From Pseudomonadota bacterium (lineage in GTDB: Bacteria > Myxococcota > JACRCW01 > JAFGSX01), in contig JBDRCO010000087.1 of assembly GCA_043821645.1 (NCBI GenBank), positions 160,001 to 224,000 of the forward strand: 64,000 nt of DNA, written 5' to 3'. The notes under the pieces are model-generated. The model ran no database searches, had not been told where the DNA came from, and saw nothing but the letters and a program-made list of their open reading frames with translations. Position 1 is the stretch's first letter. The number at the start of each line of letters is the position of its first letter. Made by a program: the position numbers and the translations under genes. Shown here piece after piece: positions 40,839-51,196 of this stretch.

Positions 40839-41702
40839 TCAGCGCAGCAGGAAGCCACGCATGGCGCTGCCGAAGAGGCCGCCGTGGGTTGGCGTCTGCA
40901 TGCGCTGGCCGGTGGCTCCAGCTTCGGCCATGCGCGTCGCTCGCAGCTCGGCCTGGATGCGTTCTTTTTCCCGCGCCATGACGTCGTCGTGGCGGGCGCC
41001 ACCCTTGGTGAAGAACTCCAGGATTTTGTTCAGCTCGTCGGCGTCGAACCACACCCCGTGCTGGCGGCAGATGTCGACGATCACGCCGCTCTTGCGGGCG
41101 TAGTTGACGGGATTCATCATCGTCCCGCAGCTCGGGCAGGGGATGTAGGCGGCGGCGTTCTGGCCCAGGCGCTCGCGCATCTCCTCGGGCTTGGCCACCT
41201 GCACGTCGCGGGTGAGGGCGGGTTCCAGCCGGCGCGGCACGTCGTGGTAGATCTGCTCCAGCACGTCGTGAACGATCCACATGCCCAGGCACTCGGCGCA
41301 GACCTCCACCGGGTACTGGGCGCAGGTCTGGGCGAACAGGGGTACCTTGCAGCGCGGGCAGTCATGGGCCGTGGCGCTGGCCATCTCGGTGCTCATGGGC
41401 CGCAGCGTCTCGCCGCACTGGTCGCAGAACTTGGCCTCCTCGCGCACCGCAGCGGCGCAGCGTGGGCACGCCCGGCGCGACAGCATGGTGTGGCAAAAGT
41501 TGCAGCGTCCGAGGCGTGGATCCGCGGTGCCGCCACAGGACGGGCAGCGCACGGCCTCGATCACGTGGGCCGGCACGGTCAGCAGGTTGTGGCAGCGGCA
41601 CTGCACGCGGGTTCCCTCGGGGTAGGAGCGCACGTCGTACTGCAGCTTGCACTTCTCACAGGCGATGATCATGGCCGACCTCGTGAAGCAGTCCGAGGTC
41701 AT
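40839..41702 (-). CDS. multi zinc-ribbon protein (double zinc ribbon + two zf-TFIIB-like units)
   Basis: Many CxxC pairs; CAECLGMW and CRQHGVWFDADEL. Confidence 0.75.
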   Translation of the reverse strand: MTSDCFTRSAMIIACEKCKLQYDVRSYPEGTRVQCRCHNLLTVPAHVIEAVRCPSCGGTADPRLGRCNFCHTMLSRRACPRCAAAVREEAKFCDQCGETLRPMSTEMASATAHDCPRCKVPLFAQTCAQYPVEVCAECLGMWIVHDVLEQIYHDVPRRLEPALTRDVQVAKPEEMRERLGQNAAAYIPCPSCGTMMNPVNYARKSGVIVDICRQHGVWFDADELNKILEFFTKGGARHDDVMAREKERIQAELRATRMAEAGATGQRMQTPTHGGLFGSAMRGFLLR

Positions 41703-41806
41703 GGTACCCGGTCCACGCTCTCACCTTCAATGCATTGGCCGTGAAAGCCCTATCCCCCGGCCTATCGAGGCGGCAAGGTTCCTGGTTCACGGACAGCGCT
41801 CTTTCA

Positions 41807-41835
41807 TTGACAGGTGAGGTGCCGCCGCGTAGGAA
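41807..41835 (+). promoter_or_regulatory. candidate sigma70 promoter for rpsU
   Basis: TTGACA-17 nt-TAGGAA (imperfect -10). Confidence 0.35.
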
Positions 41836-41891
41836 GGGCGCTTCGTTTTCATCCCGGATGCAGATCCGCGATGTGCAAGGAGGGTCTGATC

Positions 41892-42104
41892 TTGACCAAG
41901 GTGACGGTTCGCGAAGGCGAGTCCGTGGAGCGCGCCATCAAGCGCTTCAAGCGGAAGGTGGAGCAGGCGGGAATCCTGAAGGAGGTCCGCAAGCGTGAGC
42001 ACTACCTCAAGCCGTCGGTGAAGTCGAAGCTGAAGCAGCGGGCTGCCGAGGCGCGCGCGCGCAAGCGCGAGAAGCGTCTGGCTCAGGCCACGGGACGCCT
42101 GTAG
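41892..42104 (+). CDS. rpsU: 30S ribosomal protein S21
   Basis: [31 protein letters not shown] with TTG start. Confidence 0.95.
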   Translation: MTKVTVREGESVERAIKRFKRKVEQAGILKEVRKREHYLKPSVKSKLKQRAAEARARKREKRLAQATGRL

Positions 42105-42210
42105 TGCGTCCGCGCCACTGCTGATCCAGCATCGCTCTCCACGGTCTCGTTATCGCAGCATGCGACGTGCGTCGGTTGTGACGCGATCTGTGAGCCTGGT
42201 GGCGCCGGGA

Positions 42211-43908
42211 ATGCGTCGCCATGCATGGCTGTGCGTCCTCCCGCTGCTGTGTGTCATCCCCCTGCCAGTCCACGCCCAGGACGACGACATCATCCAGATC
42301 CTGGACGAGGATGAGCCCCTGCCCGGGGCCTCCAGCGGCGAGGACCTGATCATCATCGAGGACGACGGGGACGGGCTTGCAGCCGCGAGCGCGACCTCGC
42401 AGCACATGCCTGCCCTTGCGATGCGCGGGATATTGCCCCTGGCCGCGGAGTACATCGCCGTGTCTGGCCTGGTGGTGGGACGTGGCGCCGCCCAGCTCAC
42501 CCTGAGCAGCGCTGGCGATCCCTGGCGTGGACTGGCCGAGGGGCGCTTTGGCGTGGACCTCAAGCCACGCAATCCGTGGCGCGCCCACGTCGATGCCTGG
42601 CTGCGCGGACAAGGCCGTGCCGCCCTGCCTGCTCGCGATGCCCTCGATGGAGTGACCCCTCGATTCGACGACCAGACCTTTGGCAGTGCCGCCCGGGCTG
42701 AGCTGGGCGAGGCCTACCTGGGCCTGCGCGTACCCAAGGGTTCGCTCACCGTGGGACGGCAGGTCTTCGCCTGGAGCCGCAGCGAGCTGGCTCGCCTGGG
42801 GGACGTGTTCAATCCACCGGATCAGCGGGCCGGACTGCTGTTCCCTGCGGCGGACGACGGTCGGTTGCCGGTGATGGCCGTCAGCGGCCGGGTGATCATC
42901 GACCGCATTGCTCTTAGCGCGGCCCTGGCGCCCTGGCTCGAGCTGCCGAGAGTGCCGTTTTTTGCCAGTGATGTCGCTGCCTTGCTTCCAACTCAGGGGG
43001 GCCTGGCCCTGGCCCCGGCGCCCGAGCTGCTGGGCTTGCCCCAGCTGGGGCGGGTGTACATGGATCAGCGCGAGGCCGTGATCGGACCGCGCCGCGACCT
43101 GTCGACGGCAGAGCTGGCCCTGCGCGTCACCGGATCCGCAGGTGGCGTGGATCTCGGGGCCCAGATCTTCGTGGGCTACGACCGCATGCCCGTGCTGCTT
43201 CTCGATCCGGGCATGGCGCGGGCCCTGGGTGTGGCCAATGACGGCGTGATCAACCAGGGGTTGCGGACCGCGCTTGGCGAGCTGTGTGCCCAGCCAAACC
43301 GGGCCGGTGGCTGCCTGGGGCTGGGGAGCCTGCTGGCTCTGGAGTACCAGCGCACGGTCGTGGGACAGATCGACGGCGCCACCACGGTGGGACCTGCGGT
43401 GCTCAAGATCGAGCTGGCCGCCGCTCCGCAGGGCGATCCCCTGCCGGGATCGGTGGTCCACGTGATCGACGAGCGCACCCGTGCCCTGTCGAGCACGCGT
43501 CTGACCCGCCTCGCCCTCGCCGTGGCCCTCGAGTCTGGCTATGGCGAGTGGGTGCAGGGTGGGCTCGAGCTCGTCGACACGGCCTATCTCAACGTGCCAC
43601 CGCAGGTGCGCGTGGCGCGGGTCGAGCCGGTGGACACCTCGGTGGACTACGAGCGCACCGTGCATCGCCTGGCCCTGGGGCTGGCCGTGCACGGCGCCCT
43701 GTTCGACCGCGATCTCCTGTGGCGGCTCAGCGCCCTCGCCTCACCCCTGCAGCGCGATTTCGCGGTGGCGCCGCGGGTGAGCTACAGCTGGCTGCTGGGC
43801 CAGCAACTGGCCCTGGGGGCCGAGCTGCTGGGGGGGCCGCCTGGAAGTCTCGGGGGTTTCTCTCATCGAGCCAGCCGGCTGTACGCGGAGTGGCGGCTGG
43901 AGTTCTAG
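42211..43908 (+). CDS. secreted/outer-membrane beta-barrel-like protein (DUF1302-like)
   Basis: Signal VHA-Q; EAYL..VGRQVFAW..D..NP.D; terminal YAEWRLEF. Confidence 0.6.
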   Translation: MRRHAWLCVLPLLCVIPLPVHAQDDDIIQILDEDEPLPGASSGEDLIIIEDDGDGLAAASATSQHMPALAMRGILPLAAEYIAVSGLVVGRGAAQLTLSSAGDPWRGLAEGRFGVDLKPRNPWRAHVDAWLRGQGRAALPARDALDGVTPRFDDQTFGSAARAELGEAYLGLRVPKGSLTVGRQVFAWSRSELARLGDVFNPPDQRAGLLFPAADDGRLPVMAVSGRVIIDRIALSAALAPWLELPRVPFFASDVAALLPTQGGLALAPAPELLGLPQLGRVYMDQREAVIGPRRDLSTAELALRVTGSAGGVDLGAQIFVGYDRMPVLLLDPGMARALGVANDGVINQGLRTALGELCAQPNRAGGCLGLGSLLALEYQRTVVGQIDGATTVGPAVLKIELAAAPQGDPLPGSVVHVIDERTRALSSTRLTRLALAVALESGYGEWVQGGLELVDTAYLNVPPQVRVARVEPVDTSVDYERTVHRLALGLAVHGALFDRDLLWRLSALASPLQRDFAVAPRVSYSWLLGQQLALGAELLGGPPGSLGGFSHRASRLYAEWRLEF

Positions 43909-44958
43909 CTACTGAACCACCAGCCGACCTGCGGGATCGGCGACCACCTCACCGACCACGGCGGCGACAGTCACGCCCGCGGCGTGCAAGGCGTCGAGGG
44001 CGCGCGGTGCGTCGGAGGCAGACACAGCGGCGAGAAGGCCGCCCGAGGTCTGCGGGTCGTACAGCAGCGTCAGCCGGTGCGGGTCCACGCCATCGCGAAC
44101 GTCGACCATGCTCTCGCGATGGCGCCGGTTGCGGCCGAGACCGCCCGGCACCACCCCGGCGCGCGCACAGTCCAGGGCTCCGGGCAACAGCGGGATCGCG
44201 CCGCTGTCGAGGACAAAGCCCATGCTCTGCCCCTCGATCATCTCCGCCGCGTGACCGAGCAAGCCGAAGCCGGTGATGTCGGTCATGGCGTGCACGGCGT
44301 GGGTCGCCAGGACCTCGGCCGCGCTACGGTTGAGGGTGGCCATGGAGGCGACCGCCGCCGCGATGACCTCGGCACTGGTGGTCTGGCGTTTGAGGCCGGT
44401 GGTCACGACGCCAGTCCCCAGCGCCTTGGTCAGGAGCAGCAGGTCGCCCGGTCGCGCACCCTCCTTGCGCAGGATGTGCTGCGGGTGCACCCGCCCCGTC
44501 ACCGACAGGCCGAACTTGAGTTCCTTGTCGTTGACACTGTGGCCGCCGATCACCGCCACACCGGCTTCGACACAGACCTCGCCAGCACCGTGAAGGATCT
44601 CGCGCAGCACCTCCATGGGCAGGTCGTCGCGAGGGAAGCACACGATGTTGAGGGCGCACAGGGGCACTCCCCCCATGGCGTAGACGTCCGACAGGGCGTT
44701 GACCGCGGCGATGCGCCCGAACAAGGCGGGGTCGTCGACGATGGGCGTGAAGAAATCCAGGGTCTGCACCAGGGCCAGATCGTCGCTCAGACGATACACG
44801 CCCGCATCGTCGGCCCGGTTGAGGCCAACCAGCACGTCGGGGTGCGCGAGCGGCGAGAGGCCGCTCAGGGCCTGGGCCAGGTCCCCTGGCCCGAGCTTGG
44901 ACGCTCAACCCGCTCCGCAGACGGTCTCGGTCAAACGCTTTATGTGCTTCTCGGTCAT
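43909..44958 (-). CDS. selD: selenide, water dikinase, selenocysteine-containing (UGA codon 18)
   Basis: MTEKHIKRLTETVCGAG-U-ASKLGPG in frame with DDAGVY, DFFTPIVDD, NALSDVYAMGG, TDITGFGLLGH, DPQTSGGLL. Confidence 0.93.
44863..44896 (-). promoter_or_regulatory. bacterial SECIS element in selD
   Basis: 12 nt after UGA: perfect stem GGGCCAGG-GGA-CCUGGCCC, flanked by GCUC/GAGC. Confidence 0.8.
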
Positions 44959-45084
44959 CACGACTCCTGAGCGAGCTTTACCCCCCTCGTCGTCGCGGCG
45001 CAAGAGACCCGCACGGTGCGTTCGGCGGGGGGCAGGTCACGGAGCATGGTCAAGCAGCCGAGGTCCAGCTTATGATGGCTGCGC

Positions 45085-46857
45085 ATGTCCTCGCCGCCTG
45101 CGCCAGAACGCTTCGGGCGCTTCCACCTGCTGCATCGCATCGCGGTGGGTGGCATGGCCGAGGTCCACCTCGCGCACGATACTGCCGATCTCGATCCGCA
45201 CAGTCTGGTCGTGATCAAGAGACTGCGCAGCGAGCTGGAGAAGGACGAGGACTTCGTCCGCATGTTCCTCGACGAGAGCAGCGTGATCAGCCGCCTCGAT
45301 CATGTCGGCATCATCCAGGTGCTCGAGTACGGTGCCGTCGACGGTCACCACTTCATCGCCTTGGAGCATGTCTGGGGCGAGTCCCTGGCCACGCTCACCA
45401 CGTTGTGCACTCGCCAGCGTATCCGCTTCCCGCTGGGGGCGGCGCTGTACATCGGCGCCGAGACCGCCGAGGCCCTGCATCACGCTCACAACCTGTGTGA
45501 CGAGTTTGGCCTGTCGTCGCCGGTCATTCATCGCGACGTGACCCTGGGAAACGTCATGGTGGCCTACGACGGCACGGTCAAGGTGCTGGATTTTGGCATC
45601 GCCAAGGCCGACGAGCGGCTGGCACACACGCGGGTCGGGCAGATCAAGGGAACCCTGGTGTACCTGGCCCCGGAGCAGGTGCGTGGCGCGCCGGTGTCGC
45701 CTGCCACCGACGTGTACCAGCTGGGTGTGCTGCTGTACAAAACACTGGTCGGGTGTGAGCCCTTCACGGGGCGTAGTGAGATCGAGGTGATGGAGGCCAT
45801 CATCGCCGGCCATGTGCTGCGCCCCACGCAGGTGATCAAGGGCTTCCCGCCAGCCATCGAGGCCCTCGTGCTCAAGGCCATGGCGCGTCGGGAGAGCCAG
45901 CGCTTTGGTTCCATGGCTCAGCTCTCGCAGATCCTGCGCTCGCTGCTGGGCTCCGCCTTCGAGGATGGGAGCCAGCGCCTGTCGCGCATCGTCGCGCGCA
46001 TCACCGGCGATCGGGCCGAGCGCCAGCTCGGATATATCCGGGGGCGTCTCGATGGCCTCGACGTGGACCACCTCGACGGCGAGATGATTCGCTGGGGAAA
46101 TATCGACGAGGAGCCGCGGACCCTGGCCGTGGAACTCTCTGCCATCCTCGAGGTCGGCGACGCGTCGGAGCCGGGAGACGGCGACACCCAGGTCACGGAG
46201 CGCGACAGCCTGGGGCTGGACGCGGTCGACGACGACGAAGAGCGGGACGGTCGGACCCTGGCCGAGGCCCTGCGCACCGAGGTGGTGCAGCGCGCGGACG
46301 TGCTGGACGTGCTCGCGTCAGGCCCTTCCACCCTGGCCACCGTTCTTCCCCGGGACGAGGGACAGTCGGCGCTGGCTGACGACGTGTTCGTAAGAGCCCT
46401 GGACCGCGAGGCACCGTCGCTGAGTGACGTGTTTCGCTCGGATGCGCTGCTGGTGCACGTGACCCGGCCCGATCTTCCGGACTTCTTTCGTCTCCTCGAG
46501 GCCGAGGGCCAGATGGCCGATGCCGGGCTGTTCGAGGACGAGCCTCCACCGACCGTGCCGCTGAGTGACCTGCTGCCCGGCGCGTTGCCGACCGCCAGTG
46601 TCGGGACGACCCGTGCGGACAAGCCCGTTGCCCTGGACCAGGATGCCGTACCGGCGGGCAACCCAAGCCTCGGCGGGATCTCTCACGAGACCGAGCGGGA
46701 GACCCGGGTTGACCTTGCCACGCCCAGACCGCAGGCCACACCTCTGGTCGCGCAGGCCGCGCCCTTGGCTGCGCCGGCCGCAGCGGATGAGGATGACGTG
46801 TTCCAGCCCACGGATGATCTCGACTTCGACATCGACGTCGCCGACGACGAGGACTGA
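45085..46857 (+). CDS. Ser/Thr protein kinase with acidic C-terminal extension
   Basis: AVGGMAEV, VVIK, HRDVTLGN, DFG, YLAPE. Confidence 0.88.
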   Translation: MSSPPAPERFGRFHLLHRIAVGGMAEVHLAHDTADLDPHSLVVIKRLRSELEKDEDFVRMFLDESSVISRLDHVGIIQVLEYGAVDGHHFIALEHVWGESLATLTTLCTRQRIRFPLGAALYIGAETAEALHHAHNLCDEFGLSSPVIHRDVTLGNVMVAYDGTVKVLDFGIAKADERLAHTRVGQIKGTLVYLAPEQVRGAPVSPATDVYQLGVLLYKTLVGCEPFTGRSEIEVMEAIIAGHVLRPTQVIKGFPPAIEALVLKAMARRESQRFGSMAQLSQILRSLLGSAFEDGSQRLSRIVARITGDRAERQLGYIRGRLDGLDVDHLDGEMIRWGNIDEEPRTLAVELSAILEVGDASEPGDGDTQVTERDSLGLDAVDDDEERDGRTLAEALRTEVVQRADVLDVLASGPSTLATVLPRDEGQSALADDVFVRALDREAPSLSDVFRSDALLVHVTRPDLPDFFRLLEAEGQMADAGLFEDEPPPTVPLSDLLPGALPTASVGTTRADKPVALDQDAVPAGNPSLGGISHETERETRVDLATPRPQATPLVAQAAPLAAPAAADEDDVFQPTDDLDFDIDVADDED

Positions 46858-46946
46858 GGAGGCCGGGCGCTCGCACGCAGGCCTTTTCAGCAGCGGGGCG
46901 GCCGTGTAGGCTGGGCCACCATCGAAGCAGACACAGGGGAGGAACC

Positions 46947-47339
46947 GTGGCGACGAGCGATACGATCGAAGGCTTTCTCGCGGACCTGGGTCTGACCTAC
47001 AAGCGGATCCAGCCCAACATGTGGATGGTCGAGGACGCGTCCCGCAGCGTCCGCAACATCGTGGTGCACCTCGATGATCCCGTGGTGGTGTTCCGGGTCA
47101 AGCTGCTGGACCTGCCCCCCCAGGGCCGTCACGAGAGCTTGTTTCGCGAGCTGCTGCAGCTCAATGCCACCGAGATGGTCCAGGGTGCCTACGGCCTCGA
47201 AGGAACGTCGGTGGTGGTGGTCGACTCGCTGCAGGCCGAGAATCTGGACCAGAACGAGCTGCAGGGCTCGATCGACGCGCTGGCGCTGGCAGTGACCACG
47301 CACCTGCCGCGCCTGGCTCGCCACCTCGAATCCCACTAG
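46947..47339 (+). CDS. CesT/YbjN-like secretion chaperone-fold protein
   Basis: 130 aa acidic; LFRELLQLNA..GAYGL..VVVDSL..LD..EL pattern. Confidence 0.7.
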   Translation: MATSDTIEGFLADLGLTYKRIQPNMWMVEDASRSVRNIVVHLDDPVVVFRVKLLDLPPQGRHESLFRELLQLNATEMVQGAYGLEGTSVVVVDSLQAENLDQNELQGSIDALALAVTTHLPRLARHLESH

Positions 47340-47360
47340 GATCGTCGCCGGAGGCCCCGC

Positions 47361-48143
47361 ATGACCATCTTCAACCGCATCGGCACCGTCGTGAAGTCCA
47401 ACGTCAACTCCATGATCACGGATCTGGAGGAACCCGAGAAGATGCTCACCCAGGCGCTGCTCGACATGCAGCAGCAACTGGTCGAGTCCAAGAAGCAGGT
47501 GGCCCTGGCCATCGCTGACGAGAAGAGGCTGGCGAAGCAGCTCGAGAACGAGAGGGCACAGTCGGCCGAGTGGGAGCGCAAGGCCATGCTGGCGGTCAAG
47601 GCGGGCAACGACGAGCTGGCCAAGGAAGCGCTCATGCGCAAGCAGGAGCACGACAAGCTGACCGCCGGCTTCCAGGAGCAGTGGACGGGCCAGAAGGCCG
47701 CGGTGGATCAGCTCAAGAGCTCGCTGACCCAGCTCAACAACAAGATCGAGGACGCCAAGCGCAAGAAGAACCTGCTCATCGCCCGCGCCAAGCGTGCCGA
47801 GGCCCAGAAGACCATCGCCAACACCATGTCGGGCATGCAGGAGAACTCGGCCTTCGACAACATGCAGCGGATGGAGGAGAAGATCGACAAGCTCGAGGCC
47901 GAGGCCAAGGCCACCTTCGAGCTGGCCAGCGATTTCTCCGGCGACACCCTCGACAAGAAATTTGCTGCCCTCGAGACGGTGGAGGCCGACGATGCCCTTG
48001 CCGCCCTCAAGGCCAAGATGGGCATGCAGACCGCAGCCGCCATTCCCGAGGCCACGGCCCAGGCCAGCCAGAGCACGGTCCAGTCCGAGGTGCAGTCCGA
48101 GGTCGAGGCCACGGTGGGCAGCAAGGGCAGCGCCGAGGGCTGA
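47361..48143 (+). CDS. pspA: PspA/IM30 family protein
   Basis: MTIFNRI..SNVN..EEPEKML, WERKAMLA..DELAKEAL; coiled coil. Confidence 0.92.
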   Translation: MTIFNRIGTVVKSNVNSMITDLEEPEKMLTQALLDMQQQLVESKKQVALAIADEKRLAKQLENERAQSAEWERKAMLAVKAGNDELAKEALMRKQEHDKLTAGFQEQWTGQKAAVDQLKSSLTQLNNKIEDAKRKKNLLIARAKRAEAQKTIANTMSGMQENSAFDNMQRMEEKIDKLEAEAKATFELASDFSGDTLDKKFAALETVEADDALAALKAKMGMQTAAAIPEATAQASQSTVQSEVQSEVEATVGSKGSAEG

Positions 48144-48167
48144 ATCCGCCTGATGCCCCAGGGGCTT

Positions 48168-48476
48168 TCAATTCAGCGAGACCGGTGGATCCCCGCTGCC
48201 GGCCGCCACCTCGATCGCGCCGAACCTCGCCTCGTACTTCTCGACGTTGTCCTTGAGCGCCATGAGCAGGCGCTTGGTGTGGCGCGGGCTGGTGATGAGG
48301 CGCGTCCGCACCTTGGCGCGCGGTTGTTGCGGCTGCACGTAGATGAAGTCGAGCACGAACTCGGTCTCGGTGTGGTTGACCATGGCCAGGTTGGTGTAGA
48401 TGCCCTGGGCCACATCGTCGTCGAGCTGGATGTGCAGCTGGTTGTCTGGCTTGCGCTTGGGATCGGGGTCGGCCAT
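48168..48476 (-). CDS. DUF3467 family protein
   Basis: QGIYTNLAMVNHTETEFVLDF, SPRHTKRL..YEARFG. Confidence 0.85.
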   Translation of the reverse strand: MADPDPKRKPDNQLHIQLDDDVAQGIYTNLAMVNHTETEFVLDFIYVQPQQPRAKVRTRLITSPRHTKRLLMALKDNVEKYEARFGAIEVAAGSGDPPVSLN

Positions 48477-48556
48477 GCGAATCTCCTCCGTCAGGAATGC
48501 CTGGGACCGGTTGCGCACACCATAGCAAGTCCCTGGCCGGGAGGCAGCCGCGCGTA

Positions 48557-48585
48557 TTGACGACGGTTTTGCGGCTCTGTAGGGT
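48557..48585 (+). promoter_or_regulatory. candidate sigma70 promoter
   Basis: TTGACG-17 nt-TAGGGT. Confidence 0.45.
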
Positions 48586-48593
48586 CCGCGTCC

Positions 48594-49172
48594 GTGCGTG
48601 GAACTGGACCCAATGCCGAGCGCTCATCGCGAGGACGCGCGCTGTTGCTGCTCGATCTCACCTGCGACCGCCTGCATACCGACGGCGCGTGGCCCGTGCC
48701 ATCGGCGGTGGCCATGCGTCGATATGTCCTGGGCGAGCTGGGCTATTTCCGACAACGGGGACGTCCGGTCTTTCATGTCCTCACCCGTGGCGCGGCCGGC
48801 GAGGGTGGCGTGAACGCCGAGGTGCCGCCGCACCACCTCGCGGGGACCCCGGGCGCAGAGTTCGACGAGGCCTTCGCGCCCCGGGCCGGAGAGCAGGTCA
48901 TCGAGAAGCAGCTCGACAGCGCCTTCGCCGGGACCGATCTCGCCGCCCAGCTCGCGGCCCTGGACGTGGCACAACTGACCCTGGTCGGCGTCGAGACTCA
49001 CGCTGGCATCCTGGCCACCTTCGTCGATGCCGCGGGCCAAGGCTTTCACGTCATCGTGCCCGATACCTGCGTGGCCTCGTCGCAGCCGGCCCTGCACGAA
49101 TCTGCGCTGCGCCTCATCCGGGAGACGCGCTGGCTGCGTGGCCGCAGCGAGCCTCCCGGTACCGGACACTGA
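48594..49172 (+). CDS. isochorismatase-like protein, catalytic Cys apparently absent
   Basis: ALLLLD, GTPGAE, VIEK..SAFAGT, LVGVETHAGI. Confidence 0.78.
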   Translation: MRGTGPNAERSSRGRALLLLDLTCDRLHTDGAWPVPSAVAMRRYVLGELGYFRQRGRPVFHVLTRGAAGEGGVNAEVPPHHLAGTPGAEFDEAFAPRAGEQVIEKQLDSAFAGTDLAAQLAALDVAQLTLVGVETHAGILATFVDAAGQGFHVIVPDTCVASSQPALHESALRLIRETRWLRGRSEPPGTGH

Positions 49173-49306
49173 CCCGAGCACGGACGCCAGGTCTTCACCC
49201 GGGGGCGTTTCGCCGGTGACACGTCCCGGGTGCGACGGTATATAGGCGCCGCAGTGTGCCGCCGAGCCTGCAAAGGGTGCGCGGCGCGAGAGCAGCGAGG
49301 CGATTC

Positions 49307-49846
49307 ATGAGCCAGCAGCAGGATCCTTCCAGCGGCGTCCTCCCTGCCGCCTACCAGCATGATCCCGGCGACAATGCGGGCATCCTGTTGACGCGGGTCG
49401 AGGATTTCATCAACTGGACGCGCAAGAACTCGATCTGGTACCTGCTCTTCGCCACGGCCTGCTGTGGCATCGAGCTGATGCAGACTGGCGGACCCCGCGC
49501 CGATGTGGATCGCTTCGGAATGATCCCGCGCTCGACGCCACGCCAGGCTGACCTGATGATCGTGGCGGGAACCATCACCTACAAGATGGCAGAGCGGACA
49601 CGCCTGCTGTACGACCAGATGCCCGAGCCCAAGTACGTCGTCAGCATGGGCTCCTGTGCCAACTGCGGCGGCCTGTTCGCCCATGGCTACTCGGTGCTCA
49701 AGGGCATCGACCAGGTCCTTCCCGTCGACGTTTACATCCCTGGTTGTCCCCCGCGCCCCGAAGCCCTGACCGAGGGCATGATGCAGATCCAGCGCAAGAT
49801 GGAGCGCGAGCGCTGGTTTGGTGGTCGCCTGCAGCACGCGGACTGA
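49307..49846 (+). CDS. nuoB: NADH-quinone oxidoreductase subunit B
   Basis: ACCGIE, PRQADLMIVAGT, MGSCA..GG, PGCPPRPE. Confidence 0.95.
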   Translation: MSQQQDPSSGVLPAAYQHDPGDNAGILLTRVEDFINWTRKNSIWYLLFATACCGIELMQTGGPRADVDRFGMIPRSTPRQADLMIVAGTITYKMAERTRLLYDQMPEPKYVVSMGSCANCGGLFAHGYSVLKGIDQVLPVDVYIPGCPPRPEALTEGMMQIQRKMERERWFGGRLQHAD

Positions 49847-49850
49847 GGGT

Positions 49851-51092
49851 GTGACCGGCACCCCGCCGCTCGGCCTCTACGTCCACGTCCCGTATTGCCG
49901 CAGCCTGTGTCCCTACTGCGATTTCTACTCGCTGGCGCGAGATCCCGACGCGGGCTTCGCGGAAGCTCTGACCGTGGAACTCTCGGCGCGCCTTGACGAG
50001 GTGCAGGGCCTGCGCCCGGCCGCAACCGTCTACCACGGCGGCGGCACACCCAGCCTGCTGGCTCCCCGGGAGCTTGGCCGCTGGCTCGAATCTGTGGCGC
50101 GTCACCCTGGCCTGGTTGGCGATGCCGAGATCACCCTCGAGGCCAACCCCGGCGACCTCGACGAGGCGACAGCACGTGCTCTGGTGTCGGCGGGCATCAA
50201 CCGGCTCTCCCTCGGCGTACAGTCCCTGGACGATCGCTGGCTGCGTGTCCTGGGCCGGCGACACGATGCGGCCACGGTGCAGCAGGCGGTGCTGGCGGCG
50301 CGCAGGGCTGGAATCAGCAACCTGGGTGTCGACGTCATCCTCGCCGTGCCAGGTCAGCAGATCGACGACAGCGCCCGCGACGTCGAGGCGGTGATCGGAC
50401 TCGGTGCCGAGCACGTGTCTGCCTACCTGTTGACCATCGAGCCAGAGACGCCGTTGGGGCAGCAGGTGGCCCAGGGCACGACGCAGCCCGTCGACGAGGA
50501 TCTGGCAGCGGATATGCTCGAGCTGGCCTGCGCCAGGCTGCAGGCCGCGGGCTACCAGCGCTACGAGATCTCAAACCACGCGCGTTCGGGGCGCGCCTCG
50601 CGACACAACCGGCTGTACTGGTCCGGAGGCGAGATCCTGGGCTTGGGACCCGGAGCGCACAGCTACCTGTGGCCTGGCCCCGGCGCACGGCGTCGCAGCA
50701 ACCCCGATGCCCTGGAAGCCTGGCTGCGGCGCTGGCGAGACGGCGATCCAGCCGCGTTATCGGGCCTCGCGTGCGTGGACGAGGTGCTGGGGCCTGCCGA
50801 GGGCCTGCTCGAACGCCTGTTCCTGGGACTGCGCGACCTCGAGCGCGGTGTGGACCTGGAGGCCTTGCAGCGCGTGTACGGGATCCTGTCCTGGCCCACG
50901 CTGCACGCGACCTTAGAACACTTGCGCGAGGACACCCTGCTGCTTTGCGACCGCACCGGCCGCTGGATTCTGAGTGCGCGCGGGCAGGCTCTCGCCGACG
51001 CTGTGGCGCGATCCGTCCTCGCCATCGAGACAGGCGACAGCGTCTTGTCAGGTGTGCGGAGCTGTGAAATGGTCAGCCCTGGCGACGAGTGA
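49851..51092 (+). CDS. hemW: radical SAM heme chaperone HemW
   Basis: LYVHVPYCRSLCPYCDF, GGGTPS, YEISN, HNRLYW, GPGAH. Confidence 0.9.
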   Translation: MTGTPPLGLYVHVPYCRSLCPYCDFYSLARDPDAGFAEALTVELSARLDEVQGLRPAATVYHGGGTPSLLAPRELGRWLESVARHPGLVGDAEITLEANPGDLDEATARALVSAGINRLSLGVQSLDDRWLRVLGRRHDAATVQQAVLAARRAGISNLGVDVILAVPGQQIDDSARDVEAVIGLGAEHVSAYLLTIEPETPLGQQVAQGTTQPVDEDLAADMLELACARLQAAGYQRYEISNHARSGRASRHNRLYWSGGEILGLGPGAHSYLWPGPGARRRSNPDALEAWLRRWRDGDPAALSGLACVDEVLGPAEGLLERLFLGLRDLERGVDLEALQRVYGILSWPTLHATLEHLREDTLLLCDRTGRWILSARGQALADAVARSVLAIETGDSVLSGVRSCEMVSPGDE

Positions 51093-51196
51093 CAAGACAC
51101 ACGTGCCTGGGTGAGACCCTGTCTGGGGCGTGTCCCTGGCTCCGTGAGACATGATCGTGGCGATGAGTAGCCGCAACCAGGAGGGCAGCGCACGCT

